A stretch of 64,000 nucleotides of DNA, from contig CALVTJ010000001.1 of assembly GCA_944362545.1 (NCBI GenBank), positions 128,500-192,499 of the forward strand. Direction: 5' to 3'. This document shows, piece by piece, positions 19,367 to 28,192 of the stretch (position 1 is its first letter; every line of letters begins with the position of its first letter). The DNA is from an uncultured Clostridia bacterium (GTDB lineage Bacteria; Bacillota; Clostridia; Christensenellales; UBA1242). A program made the position numbers and the translations under genes. The notes beneath the pieces are model-generated. The model saw only the letters and a list, made by a program, of their open reading frames with translations. It did not search any database and was not told where the DNA came from.

Positions 19367-20098
19367 TCATCTAAACATGCTGTCTTTTTTTGTTAGCATA
19401 GTCCATCCTAACATTGTGCGGAAAAGTCCGGCCCAATATGTCAATCTTGCACTGTTTAAAAATTCACGGCAAATGGAGATTTCTGGTTCGGTTAAAATTT
19501 CTTGCAAAAATTCTAATGCAAAAATTGATGCTTCCTTTTCCACTTGAATTTCTTTGTATTTGAGAACTAGCGCAAAAACAAAAATCACAAAAGCTATCAC
19601 CAAACACGAAAGCCCAACAATCAAAAAGTAAAGCCCTTCAAGTACTCCAAACACCTGCAACAAACTTAAAACCACACCAATCAAAATCAATGGCAAAAAA
19701 AAGTATCCGCAAATTCTGCCCGTTCGGCGTAATGACCAATGTTTGCGCAATTTGTTCCCTGAGGCATCCTGTCTAGCGTGACCGAGTTCGTGAGAGACAA
19801 TGGCAAGAGAAGCAAGGCTGTTTGAATACATGGTCTTTTCACTCAAGGCTACCACACCAGCACTGTAATGGTCCTGATATTCTGGACATTGCATGATTTG
19901 AAGTTTGGAAGCAAAATATTTTTTGTTGACTTGTGACACATAATCAAGTGTGGAAATTCCATAACTGTTTTTCATGTCATTTGTCTTTTTTAAATTTTCG
20001 GCATAATTGTCAAACGAAAAACTTGCCACTGCAAGAGCAAAGCAGAGAAAAATTACCAATATGACACAAATTCCTATCACAATATATGTTGTTATCAT
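19367..20098 (-). CDS. membrane zinc metallopeptidase (YugP / Zn_peptidase_2-like)
   Basis: HELGHARQD (an HExxH motif) lies between N- and C-terminal TM helices. The start is trimmed to the ATG at 20098 (MITTYIVIG...), which sits 6 nt after a TATAAT box. Confidence 0.7.
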   Translation of the reverse strand: MITTYIVIGICVILVIFLCFALAVASFSFDNYAENLKKTNDMKNSYGISTLDYVSQVNKKYFASKLQIMQCPEYQDHYSAGVVALSEKTMYSNSLASLAIVSHELGHARQDASGNKLRKHWSLRRTGRICGYFFLPLILIGVVLSLLQVFGVLEGLYFLIVGLSCLVIAFVIFVFALVLKYKEIQVEKEASIFALEFLQEILTEPEISICREFLNSARLTYWAGLFRTMLGWTMLTKKDSMFR

Positions 20099-20104
20099 GT
20101 TGAT

Positions 20105-20134
20105 ATTATAGAGCATTTTTGTTTGTTTTAGCAA
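20105..20134 (-). promoter_or_regulatory. promoter abutting the start codon (leaderless candidate)
   Basis: On the minus strand: TTGCTA (20129-20134), an 18-nt spacer, TATAAT (20105-20110), 6 nt, then ATG (20098). Confidence 0.5.
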
Positions 20135-20165
20135 ACTTTAATAACATATAAACCGCAATTTTGTT

Positions 20166-22061
20166 TTAAGTTATCAGCAAAACTGTGGTTTCTTTATCCA
20201 AAATTGTTCCGGCAGGTGGAAGTTGTCTCAAAATCACTCCACCACTTCCATCAATTTCATATTCTAACCCTGCTTTTTTGATTTGTGCAACAGCGTTTGC
20301 AAGACTCATGCCAACAACCTGTGGCATAACAACTTTTTCCACAACCACACTTTCATCATCCTTTGGCAAATTGTAAAAACTAAAAAGTTCTTGAAAGAAA
20401 GTTTTTCCGTAAGGCGCTGCCACAAGCGAGCCATAATATGCTCCTGCACTTGGTTCATCCACCAAAATCATAAAGAGGTATTCCGGTTCATCTGCCGGAT
20501 ATGTGCCAATAAAACTCGAGATATATTTTCCTTGTGCAATCTGTCCATTTTCGCCATACTTCTGCGCCGTGCCTGTCTTTCCGCCAACATTATAGCCTTC
20601 AACAAAGGTAAAATCTCCAGCCTTGTTTTCCGCTTTTTGCAAAAGTGCATTAACGCTTTTGCTTGTCTGTGATGAAACCAGTCTTTGTTCTGTCACTCTT
20701 GGCGAATATGTCGCATCGCCTGTTGTGTCTTTTATGTTTTCAATCACAGTTGGTGTGTGATATATTCCGCCGTTTGTTATGCCTGCCACAATTGACAAAA
20801 GTTGAATTGGCGTGACTGCAATTGCGTGCCCAAATCCCATCCTTGCCAAATCAACACTTTTGACCTGTGATTTTGGCATTAAAATTCCTCCACTTTCTCC
20901 ACTTATTGTTATACCTGTCTTCTGTCCAAGCCCAAACCGTTGCATATATTCATAAAATTTATCCACACCGAGTCGAAGAGCCAAATCCATGAAACAACAG
21001 TTGCAAGAATTGGCAAAGGCTTCCGCCAATGTTTGGTCTCCATGTCCAATGGTTTTCCAACACCTTATGCGTTGTCCATCCACAATGCGATATCCAGGAC
21101 AATAAAAATGGTCATCCAAACTTGTCACACCTTCTTCAAGTGCTGCCGCTAAAGTTAAAATTTTGAAGGTGGAACCTGGCTCATATGCATCAGTGACCGC
21201 TGTCATTTTTGATTGGTCAAAAAGTGCCTCCAAATTGTCACGCGGTGGAGAATTTAAGTCAAAACTCGGTTTTGTGGAGATGGCAAGAACTTTACCCATC
21301 TTTGCCTGCATAACAATGCCTGTCACAGCCTTCGCTTGTTGGTCAATGTATGCCTGTGCCAATATCTTTTCAAGGATGATTTGAATTTTGCTGTTGACAG
21401 ACAGTGTGACATCATCACCGGAAATCCCGCCGACATAATACCTGATACTGCCTCCAATCTCTTTGCCTTGAAGGTCGCTTTGCACATAACTGTAGCCATC
21501 CTTTCCGGTCAGGTAGTCATTCAAATAAGCCTCCAAACCCGCCTGACCGGCATTATCCACCGAAACAAAACCTAAAAGTTGTGTGAAAAGGTCTCCATAG
21601 ACATAGTATCTGCCGACATTTTCGGTCAAATAAATTCCATCCAAGTTTTCTTTGTAAATCTCTTCTGCTGTGTCCGCATCCACCTGCATTTTTAGCAGAA
21701 CTTCAGAAACATTTTTTCTCGACACCTTTTCAAGTGTGCCTTCAAGATCCAGTTCCAATATCTGCGACAAAACAGATGCGGTGTGCGTTGGACTTTTCAC
21801 TTCTCTGCCACGAACATAGACATCATAAGTCGTATAACTCACCGCCAAAGAGTCCCCTGTCACATCAAAAAAAGAACCTCTTGGCGCTGTCAATGCCAAA
21901 TCTCTGGTCCATTGGTCAGTCGCTTTGAATTGCAGTTCTTTTCCATTTATTATCTGAACAACAAACAACCTTACCACAAGACTGCAAAAAACAAAAAGCA
22001 AAACAAGCAAAATTGCCTTTATTCGTTTTTGCAGAGAGAAAAGTGTGTAAGGTTGTTGCAA
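20166..22061 (-). CDS. class B penicillin-binding protein (FtsI/PBP2B/SpoVD-like transpeptidase) with a C-terminal PASTA domain
   Basis: It has an N-terminal TM helix and the motifs STFK (GSTFKIL), SCN and KTGTA. The C-terminus (VVMPQVVGMSLANAVAQIKKAGLEYEIDG...) is PASTA-like. I placed the start at TTG 22061, 6 nt after GGAGG; the ORF track offers 22097. Confidence 0.85.
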   Translation of the reverse strand: MQQPYTLFSLQKRIKAILLVLLFVFCSLVVRLFVVQIINGKELQFKATDQWTRDLALTAPRGSFFDVTGDSLAVSYTTYDVYVRGREVKSPTHTASVLSQILELDLEGTLEKVSRKNVSEVLLKMQVDADTAEEIYKENLDGIYLTENVGRYYVYGDLFTQLLGFVSVDNAGQAGLEAYLNDYLTGKDGYSYVQSDLQGKEIGGSIRYYVGGISGDDVTLSVNSKIQIILEKILAQAYIDQQAKAVTGIVMQAKMGKVLAISTKPSFDLNSPPRDNLEALFDQSKMTAVTDAYEPGSTFKILTLAAALEEGVTSLDDHFYCPGYRIVDGQRIRCWKTIGHGDQTLAEAFANSCNCCFMDLALRLGVDKFYEYMQRFGLGQKTGITISGESGGILMPKSQVKSVDLARMGFGHAIAVTPIQLLSIVAGITNGGIYHTPTVIENIKDTTGDATYSPRVTEQRLVSSQTSKSVNALLQKAENKAGDFTFVEGYNVGGKTGTAQKYGENGQIAQGKYISSFIGTYPADEPEYLFMILVDEPSAGAYYGSLVAAPYGKTFFQELFSFYNLPKDDESVVVEKVVMPQVVGMSLANAVAQIKKAGLEYEIDGSGGVILRQLPPAGTILDKETTVLLIT

Positions 22062-22063
22062 AT

Positions 22064-22771
22064 TTAACCTCCAAACAACCCCGCTATGAACGAACAAATT
22101 TTGTCAAACCAGTTGCTGTGCTGTCCCAAGTCTCCGGCTTCATTCTTCTCTTCCGGATAGGTTTCAATTATATCCATTCCTTTTTTTGTCGTGTCAAGAT
22201 TATAGAGATTTTTGAGGTATTGTGCAAGGTTGAGATTGTAAGTTTCATCTATCTGCACAAAACTTGAATTCAGATTGTCAATAATCACGACATTTGTCAC
22301 ACACACAATCGCACTCACACCAAGCGTGCAGGCAAGAGCAATTCCTGCCAATTTCTTTTTGTTTATGCTTTTGGTTTTTGCTTTCTTTCTTAGTTTGACA
22401 ATTTTTTTGTTTTCTTCTATCAAATCATAGTTAGGTTTTTCAATGACTTTTTCATTGACATCTTGTGCTTTCTCTTGCTTTTCTTCCACATATGCCTGAG
22501 AATTTGAAAATTGTGCTTGAATCAAATCTTCTTTCTGTTTTTCAAATTCGACAACTTTCTCCTCTTCCTGCTGGCGTTTGATGTCTGCAACCGTGATGTC
22601 CTTGAAAGAATTTATATATCTGCTGTTTTCACTCTCTTGTTGTGGCAGTTCTGTTGGCTTTTCAACGTTTTGTTCCGTTTGAGAGATTGGTGCTGTCTCT
22701 TTCAACTTGATTTTAACCGCAGGATGAATCTCTTGTTTTTCAGTTTGTGTTTCTGCAACAAGTCTGTCCAT
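22064..22771 (-). CDS. hypothetical bitopic membrane protein occupying the FtsL position of the dcw cluster
   Basis: It lies between rsmH and the PBP. It has an acidic/Lys-rich N-terminal half, one TM helix (LAGIALACTLGVSAIVCVTNVVII) and a short extracytoplasmic tail. I see no sequence-level match to FtsL. Confidence 0.5.
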   Translation of the reverse strand: MDRLVAETQTEKQEIHPAVKIKLKETAPISQTEQNVEKPTELPQQESENSRYINSFKDITVADIKRQQEEEKVVEFEKQKEDLIQAQFSNSQAYVEEKQEKAQDVNEKVIEKPNYDLIEENKKIVKLRKKAKTKSINKKKLAGIALACTLGVSAIVCVTNVVIIDNLNSSFVQIDETYNLNLAQYLKNLYNLDTTKKGMDIIETYPEEKNEAGDLGQHSNWFDKICSFIAGLFGG

Positions 22772-22818
22772 ATATTATATCTTTCTCCTTTTGTGCATAT
22801 TACCAATTTTTCTTAACT

Positions 22819-23769
22819 TCAAAGTTTTTCGACAATGCGAAGTTTGGCACTTGTGCTTCGCGAATTTTCTTTTTGCTCTTCTTCGCTTGCCACAATTGGT
22901 TTTCTGTTTACAAGTTTAACACTTGCTTTGTGCCCACAAATGCAAACAGGTGTTTTGGGTGGGCAAATGCAATCGGTGCTGTCAAGTTTGAAAACATTTT
23001 TGATAATTCTGTCTTCAAGACTGTGAAAAGTAAGCACACAGGCTCTGCCCTTTGATTTTAACATTTCAATCATCTCTTGCAAAAAAATGTCAAGTCCATC
23101 AAGTTCTCGATTGATGTAAATGCGCAGCGCCTGAAAAACTTTTTTTGAGGCCCCGCCACGAGAATAAACCACTTTTTTTGGCATGCTTTTTTCAATTATA
23201 TCTCGAAGTTGAAAGGTCGTTTCAATTGGGTTATTTTCTCTTTCTTTTACGATATTTTTGGCAATAGAAGAAGAAAACTCTTCCTCTCCATATGTTTTGA
23301 AAACGTTTGCAAGTTTTTCATACGAAAATGTGTTGACAATTTCCTTTGCAGTAAGCACATTTTCTTCTCTGTCCATTCTCATGTCAAGTGGTCCATCATG
23401 AACAAAACTGAAGCCTCTGTCTCCTTCATCAATTTGATAGGAACTCACACCCAAATCCACCAAAAAACCATCTATTTTGAAAGTGTCAAATTTCTCTTTC
23501 AAAATCTGTGGTGCTTGCTTATAATTTGCTTTGACAAATGTCACTCTGTCCTTGACATCTTTAAGAGTCTTTTCGCTTTTGGCAATGGCATCAGCATCGC
23601 GGTCGAAAGCAAAAAGATGTCCACCTTTGAGTCGCTTGGCAATTTCCAAAGAATGTCCACCGCCACCAACTGTGCAGTCAACATAAATGCCATTTGTTTT
23701 GATGTCGAGCCCGTCAATCACTTCTCTGAGCATGACCGGAATATGTTTAAATTCCATTTTCACCGCCAT
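22819..23769 (-). CDS. rsmH: 16S rRNA (cytosine1402-N4)-methyltransferase RsmH/MraW
   Basis: Family-typical motifs are HIPVMLREVIDGL, YVDCTVGGGGHS, GFLVDLGVSSYQID and LTFHSLEDRIIKN. The start is ambiguous: ATG 23769 (leaderless placement) or ATG 23757. Confidence 0.9.
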   Translation of the reverse strand: MAVKMEFKHIPVMLREVIDGLDIKTNGIYVDCTVGGGGHSLEIAKRLKGGHLFAFDRDADAIAKSEKTLKDVKDRVTFVKANYKQAPQILKEKFDTFKIDGFLVDLGVSSYQIDEGDRGFSFVHDGPLDMRMDREENVLTAKEIVNTFSYEKLANVFKTYGEEEFSSSIAKNIVKERENNPIETTFQLRDIIEKSMPKKVVYSRGGASKKVFQALRIYINRELDGLDIFLQEMIEMLKSKGRACVLTFHSLEDRIIKNVFKLDSTDCICPPKTPVCICGHKASVKLVNRKPIVASEEEQKENSRSTSAKLRIVEKL

Positions 23770-23777
23770 TTTTAACA

Positions 23778-23806
23778 ATTTTAGCACACAAATTGTATTT
23801 TACCAA
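23778..23806 (-). promoter_or_regulatory. extended -10 promoter abutting the rsmH start
   Basis: On the minus strand: TTGGTA (23801-23806), a 17-nt spacer ending in TGc, TAAAAT (23778-23783), 8 nt, then ATG (23769). Confidence 0.45.
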
Positions 23807-23876
23807 AACTTTTTTCAAAAATTTGTTGCTTGAAAGTTTTTTATATCTAATAAACAATGTTTTAGACATTTTTATA

Positions 23877-23912
23877 AAAAAGATAGCGGAGAGATTATTC
23901 CGCTATCTTTTA
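23877..23912. terminator. bidirectional intrinsic terminator (AGATAGCG stem family)
   Basis: aaaaAGATAGCGGA gagattat TCCGCTATCTtttt. This is a perfect 10-bp stem with A/T-run flanks. Confidence 0.7.
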
Positions 23913-23938
23913 TTTAAGTTTTTTGACAAATATTTGGT

Positions 23939-26857
23939 CTACGCAATTTCAAGCAAGGTTTTCAATGCCTGTGCAGTCTGTGTTGCATCCTCAAAGACTT
24001 GATCAATAGCAGAGGAGATTTCATCACGATATTGTGCAATTTTTGCTGTGTCGAAAAGTTCTTCTCTTTCTGGGTTTCCATCAAGGAGTTTCTTGACATT
24101 TGCAAGCATCTGTGCGTTTGTTTCATCTGTGCCTGCAAGAGAGTCGATTGATGTTTGAATTGCTTGAACAAACTGTTGGGCAGTTCCCAAACTGAGTTCA
24201 ATCCCTGACAAATTGCTTGAAAGTGTTGTGGCAAAGTTTACAACTTGTTCGAGTTCTGCCATGATATCTTCATAACTTTCAACTGCGTAATATCCATCTC
24301 CTTCAACACCTAGATAACCTTTCACATCTTTGTAGAAATCATTTTCAGGAGCGACATCATAACTTGCATTATCCACAATCTTATCTCCTGTGATATACCA
24401 AATGAGATTTGCAAAAATTTCGTTGAACACACCATCTTTTGCTCCACCATTATAAGCGTTTGTTTTGAGAGTGTCCAAAACAGAACCAAGTTGTTGCAAT
24501 GTCAGGTCGCTTTCTGTGTTGATTGTGCCAAGAATTTCTTGAATTGTATCAATGACATCTTCTTTTGTGACTTTGAGATTGTCAAGTTTGGTTTCTGGTT
24601 TAACTTTTGTTATTGACTCAATCGCACTGTCAATCGAATCAAAAATTTGACTTGTCAGTCCCTCAAATGCTGTTGCTGAAAAGACAGGGTCAAGTGTGTC
24701 AGCAAGAGTGTTGTTTGCAATCATGTCATTTAAAATTTCTTTCATATTAGCACTGCCAGACAAAAGCGCACTGAGATAGGTTTCATTTTCTGTTCCAACT
24801 TCGCCTTTGTTAAGTGAAAGCAAAACTTGCCCAAGATAACCAAGTTCTCTATCCCAAACTGCAACTCCATTTTTCTCTGCGCTTGAAGCTTCTTCTTTGA
24901 CTTTGTCAAAACTAAACATTCCGTTTGTGTTTTCTTCACTGCCAAGTTGTGAGATAAGTTGGTCGAAAAGTTCATTCAAGTTCATTGCATTTAGTTGATA
25001 GATTGGCAAGAACATGTCAGACAAAAGGTTTTCATTTTCTTCAAGTCCAGTCAAAACAGCACTCAAAAGTTCATCAAAATTCATGTCCGCACCAATGTTT
25101 GTAAGTCCAAGGTTTTGAAGTTCCAAAACCGGTGTTTTTATAAAGTCAACAAACTTACTATAAGTATCAAGTGTGATTGGAGTTTCATCTGTTGGGTTTT
25201 CATAAACTTCATCGCCAAGTAAGTTGAAGTTGTAAAGTGTCAAGATGTTGTCAAGCACATAGACCGTTTCTGGTCTTGTTTCGTTTTGTGGAAGAACAAA
25301 AATTTCAAGGTTTCTCACATTGTCAAGTGTGGTGCCAAGTTGTGTCAAAACATTGTCCAAATCATCAATTCCAGCAAGATATTCCACAACATTTTCCGCT
25401 TCCATCATCGCTCCAATATCAACCATATTGTTGATATTCAAGAAGTCATTCACAGTTTGCAACAGTTGGTCAATCATCTGTGACTTGTCGGATATGGAAG
25501 TGTTGAGTCCAATTTCAAGCCCTTGATCATTTGCAAACTGGTCTGAAAGCATTTGTGAAGCATATGAGCCAAGTGTTTCAAAGGTGTCGTTTACAAGATT
25601 GAGATTGAGTGCGTTGTTTGCAATAGATTTTACAACTTCACTGTTTGTGTCAATAATTGTCAAAATGTCAGCAAGTCTGTTTTCGCTGTCTGGATTTATG
25701 CCTTCAAACTGTGAAATCAAATCACTTTGCAAAACTTCATCCGCAACATCCAACACACTCAAAATGTCATGTCTGAGATATTCATAAGTATCAAATCCTT
25801 CACTAGAAAATCTTTCATAAAGGTCATTCACAATCTCCTGCACCATCTCTGGCAAATCTTGAAGGTTGAGTTGGTCTTTGAGAGTGTCAAACTTAACCAC
25901 AAAATCGTTTAATGTGTCGGATATAACTGTTTTGAAAAGTCCATTGTTGATAAATTTTTCAATGCTTGCTTTAAGTTCTGTCAAATTGATGTTTTCAAAA
26001 TTGTTATCGATCACTTCGTTGTAAACCACCACAAAATCATCATAAATTTGTGTAGAATCCAAAATTTCTTTTCTTATTTCAATCTTTTCCCCATCCAATT
26101 CAAAATTTGAAAGTCCATCAAAAAGAGCATTGTCAAGTCCACCGGCTCCGGCAATTTTTCCAATCACGCTGTCGTTGTAAGCAAAAATGGCTTCATTGAC
26201 CTCCGGGGGCAAGATATCTGAAAGTGCTTCGGCAATGCTTGGAAGTTTTTGAGAAGTTTGTTGTCCCCCTTGTGTGTCGCCTTCTGCAAGCATTGTGATC
26301 TGTGTTTCTGCCGTTGGAAGTTCGACAATTTGTTGATATGTCTTTGTCAAGGAAGTGAGTGGTGCAAACAACAAAAACACAAACAAAAAACCTTCGACAA
26401 TTCCGATAAGTCCGCCATAAGCACGATATGGCTTTGCCTTGGCAAAATCGTTCTTTTTCTTTCCAAACGCAAGGCGTGCCACAATCAAATAGATGATATC
26501 AAAAATCAAAAAGACAACAAGTGTCAAAAGGATAAACATAATTGGCGAGACAATGGCATTTGGAAGTTGTTCCAAAAATGTGGTGGCTGTTTCAAATTGC
26601 GAGATATCAAAATTTGATTGGATGGAAGAGATGATAAACTGGCTGATTGTTTGACTCTGTCCATCAATATTCAATTGAATACCCAAAATGGCGTTTGTGA
26701 TTGGCTTTGTGATAAAAAACGCCACAACTACGCTGACCACCAAAAATAAAAGGTGAAGTGATGACCTTTTAAGTCCTCTAACAAGTCCTCCAATAAGACC
26801 GATTATCAAAAATAATGCAAAAACTCCAATTGTCACCCACATGATTATGTCTGCCAT
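23939..26857 (-). CDS. large membrane protein (972 aa) with a CvpA-like polytopic N-terminus and a long acidic extramembrane region
   Basis: An ATG preceded by AAGGAGA. About 190 aa with four hydrophobic helices (MADIIMWVTIGVFALFLIIGLIGGLVRGL...) resemble the CvpA/colicin-V-production family. The remaining ~780 aa are D/E/N/L-rich with no domain I recognise. Confidence 0.6.
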   Translation of the reverse strand: MADIIMWVTIGVFALFLIIGLIGGLVRGLKRSSLHLLFLVVSVVVAFFITKPITNAILGIQLNIDGQSQTISQFIISSIQSNFDISQFETATTFLEQLPNAIVSPIMFILLTLVVFLIFDIIYLIVARLAFGKKKNDFAKAKPYRAYGGLIGIVEGFLFVFLLFAPLTSLTKTYQQIVELPTAETQITMLAEGDTQGGQQTSQKLPSIAEALSDILPPEVNEAIFAYNDSVIGKIAGAGGLDNALFDGLSNFELDGEKIEIRKEILDSTQIYDDFVVVYNEVIDNNFENINLTELKASIEKFINNGLFKTVISDTLNDFVVKFDTLKDQLNLQDLPEMVQEIVNDLYERFSSEGFDTYEYLRHDILSVLDVADEVLQSDLISQFEGINPDSENRLADILTIIDTNSEVVKSIANNALNLNLVNDTFETLGSYASQMLSDQFANDQGLEIGLNTSISDKSQMIDQLLQTVNDFLNINNMVDIGAMMEAENVVEYLAGIDDLDNVLTQLGTTLDNVRNLEIFVLPQNETRPETVYVLDNILTLYNFNLLGDEVYENPTDETPITLDTYSKFVDFIKTPVLELQNLGLTNIGADMNFDELLSAVLTGLEENENLLSDMFLPIYQLNAMNLNELFDQLISQLGSEENTNGMFSFDKVKEEASSAEKNGVAVWDRELGYLGQVLLSLNKGEVGTENETYLSALLSGSANMKEILNDMIANNTLADTLDPVFSATAFEGLTSQIFDSIDSAIESITKVKPETKLDNLKVTKEDVIDTIQEILGTINTESDLTLQQLGSVLDTLKTNAYNGGAKDGVFNEIFANLIWYITGDKIVDNASYDVAPENDFYKDVKGYLGVEGDGYYAVESYEDIMAELEQVVNFATTLSSNLSGIELSLGTAQQFVQAIQTSIDSLAGTDETNAQMLANVKKLLDGNPEREELFDTAKIAQYRDEISSAIDQVFEDATQTAQALKTLLEIA

Positions 26858-26953
26858 GGCTGTTCTCCTTTTCTCTTTCAAACTTATTATATATGATTCG
26901 TTTCTTTTAATCAAGAAATATATTCATTTGTATATTTTGATTTTTTTTAATTT

Positions 26954-28042
26954 TTAAAAAGTTTTGACTATTTTTCCATTTGTGATGTTGTAAATTTTTC
27001 CTGAAATCTGTTTTTCATCAGTACAAGTTATAAATGTCTGCGTTCGGTTAACAAACTTCAAAAGTCGTTTTTGTCTGTCTAGGTCAAGTTCGCTAAACAC
27101 ATCATCCAAGAGCAAAACCGGATATTCGCCATTGATGTTATACATGTTTTCAAGTTCGGCAAGTTTGAGCGAAAGTGCCACCGTGCGCTGTTGTCCTTGC
27201 GAGCCAAACGCCTTGACTTCTACATCATTCAAAAAGATGTCAATATCATCTCTGTGAACTCCAATTGTGGTGTAGCCAAGTTTGTAGTCTTTTTCAAGGT
27301 TTTTTTTCAAAAGTTTGTCCATGTTTGTTTCAAATTTTTCATCCAAATTGACACCACAACCGCACTTATACTGCAAGGTCAAATTTTCTTTTCCCCCACT
27401 TATATATGAGTGTGCCTTTTGTGCGTATGGCGTGATTTGTCCGACAAATTTTTCTCTCTCAAAGGCAATAAATTTTGCCGATTGAACAAGTGCTCTGTCC
27501 CAAATGTCGATTGTCTCTTTGACAGTTTCAATAGTTTGACTATTTTTGAGAAGTTTGTTTCGGTTTGCCAAAATCTTTTCATAGCGAGCAAGTTGATAAA
27601 AATATCTCTTGTTGTTTTGGCAAATGTCAATGTCCATAAACTTTCTGCGCTCTTCTGGACTTTCTCTCACAAGTTTGAGTTCCTGCGGTGAGAAAAAGAC
27701 AATGTTTATCTCTCCAATAAGTTCTCCCATTTTTCTTATTGGAAGGCTGTTTATTTTGATACTTTTCTTCTGCGATTTGAAAAGATTGATTTCAATTTCA
27801 AGTTCTCTATATTTTCTGCTGCCACAAAGTTTGATTGATGAACTTTCTTCTCCCCATTTGACAAGATCCTTGTCTTTGCAAGATTTGAAACTTCTCCCAA
27901 TGCAACAATAATAAATGCTCTCAAGAAGATTAGTCTTTCCTTGAGCGTTTTTACCGATAAAAACATTGACCTTGTCATCAAAGTTCACACTCTGGTCGGC
28001 ATAATTTCTGAAATTGTGAATTTTCAAACTTTCAATTTTCAT
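26954..28042 (-). CDS. recF: DNA replication and repair protein RecF
   Basis: MKIESLKIHNFRNY..., a Walker A motif GKNAQGKTNLLESIYY and a C-terminal LLLDDVFSELD. The start is trimmed to the ATG at 28042. Confidence 0.9.
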   Translation of the reverse strand: MKIESLKIHNFRNYADQSVNFDDKVNVFIGKNAQGKTNLLESIYYCCIGRSFKSCKDKDLVKWGEESSSIKLCGSRKYRELEIEINLFKSQKKSIKINSLPIRKMGELIGEINIVFFSPQELKLVRESPEERRKFMDIDICQNNKRYFYQLARYEKILANRNKLLKNSQTIETVKETIDIWDRALVQSAKFIAFEREKFVGQITPYAQKAHSYISGGKENLTLQYKCGCGVNLDEKFETNMDKLLKKNLEKDYKLGYTTIGVHRDDIDIFLNDVEVKAFGSQGQQRTVALSLKLAELENMYNINGEYPVLLLDDVFSELDLDRQKRLLKFVNRTQTFITCTDEKQISGKIYNITNGKIVKTF

Positions 28043-28049
28043 CAATGCT

Positions 28050-28077
28050 ATTTTATCACAAAATTTTATTATTGCAA
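28050..28077 (-). promoter_or_regulatory. extended -10 promoter abutting the recF start (leaderless candidate)
   Basis: On the minus strand: TTGCAA (28072-28077), a 16-nt spacer, TGaTAAAAT (28050-28058), 7 nt, then ATG (28042). No SD sequence is present. Confidence 0.5.
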
Positions 28078-28083
28078 ACTTGC

Positions 28084-28112
28084 TTGACAATTTATTTTGA
28101 CTAACTTATAAT
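28084..28112 (+). promoter_or_regulatory. dnaA promoter
   Basis: TTGACA (28084-28089), a 17-nt spacer and TATAAT (28107-28112), about 80 nt upstream of the dnaA start. Confidence 0.6.
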
Positions 28113-28192
28113 TTTTAAAGAAAAAATCTCTCTTTTCTCCGCTGTTTTACATAAGATTTTTTGAATTTTAAATACTAAAATTGGAGATGAAA

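Noticed and set aside
28043-28180. The recF-dnaA spacer as a second (upstream) oriC half, as in the bipartite Bacillus origin.
   Set aside because: I found only a degenerate TTATCACAA-like sequence and no consensus TTATCCACA box. The spacer is fully accounted for by two divergent promoters.
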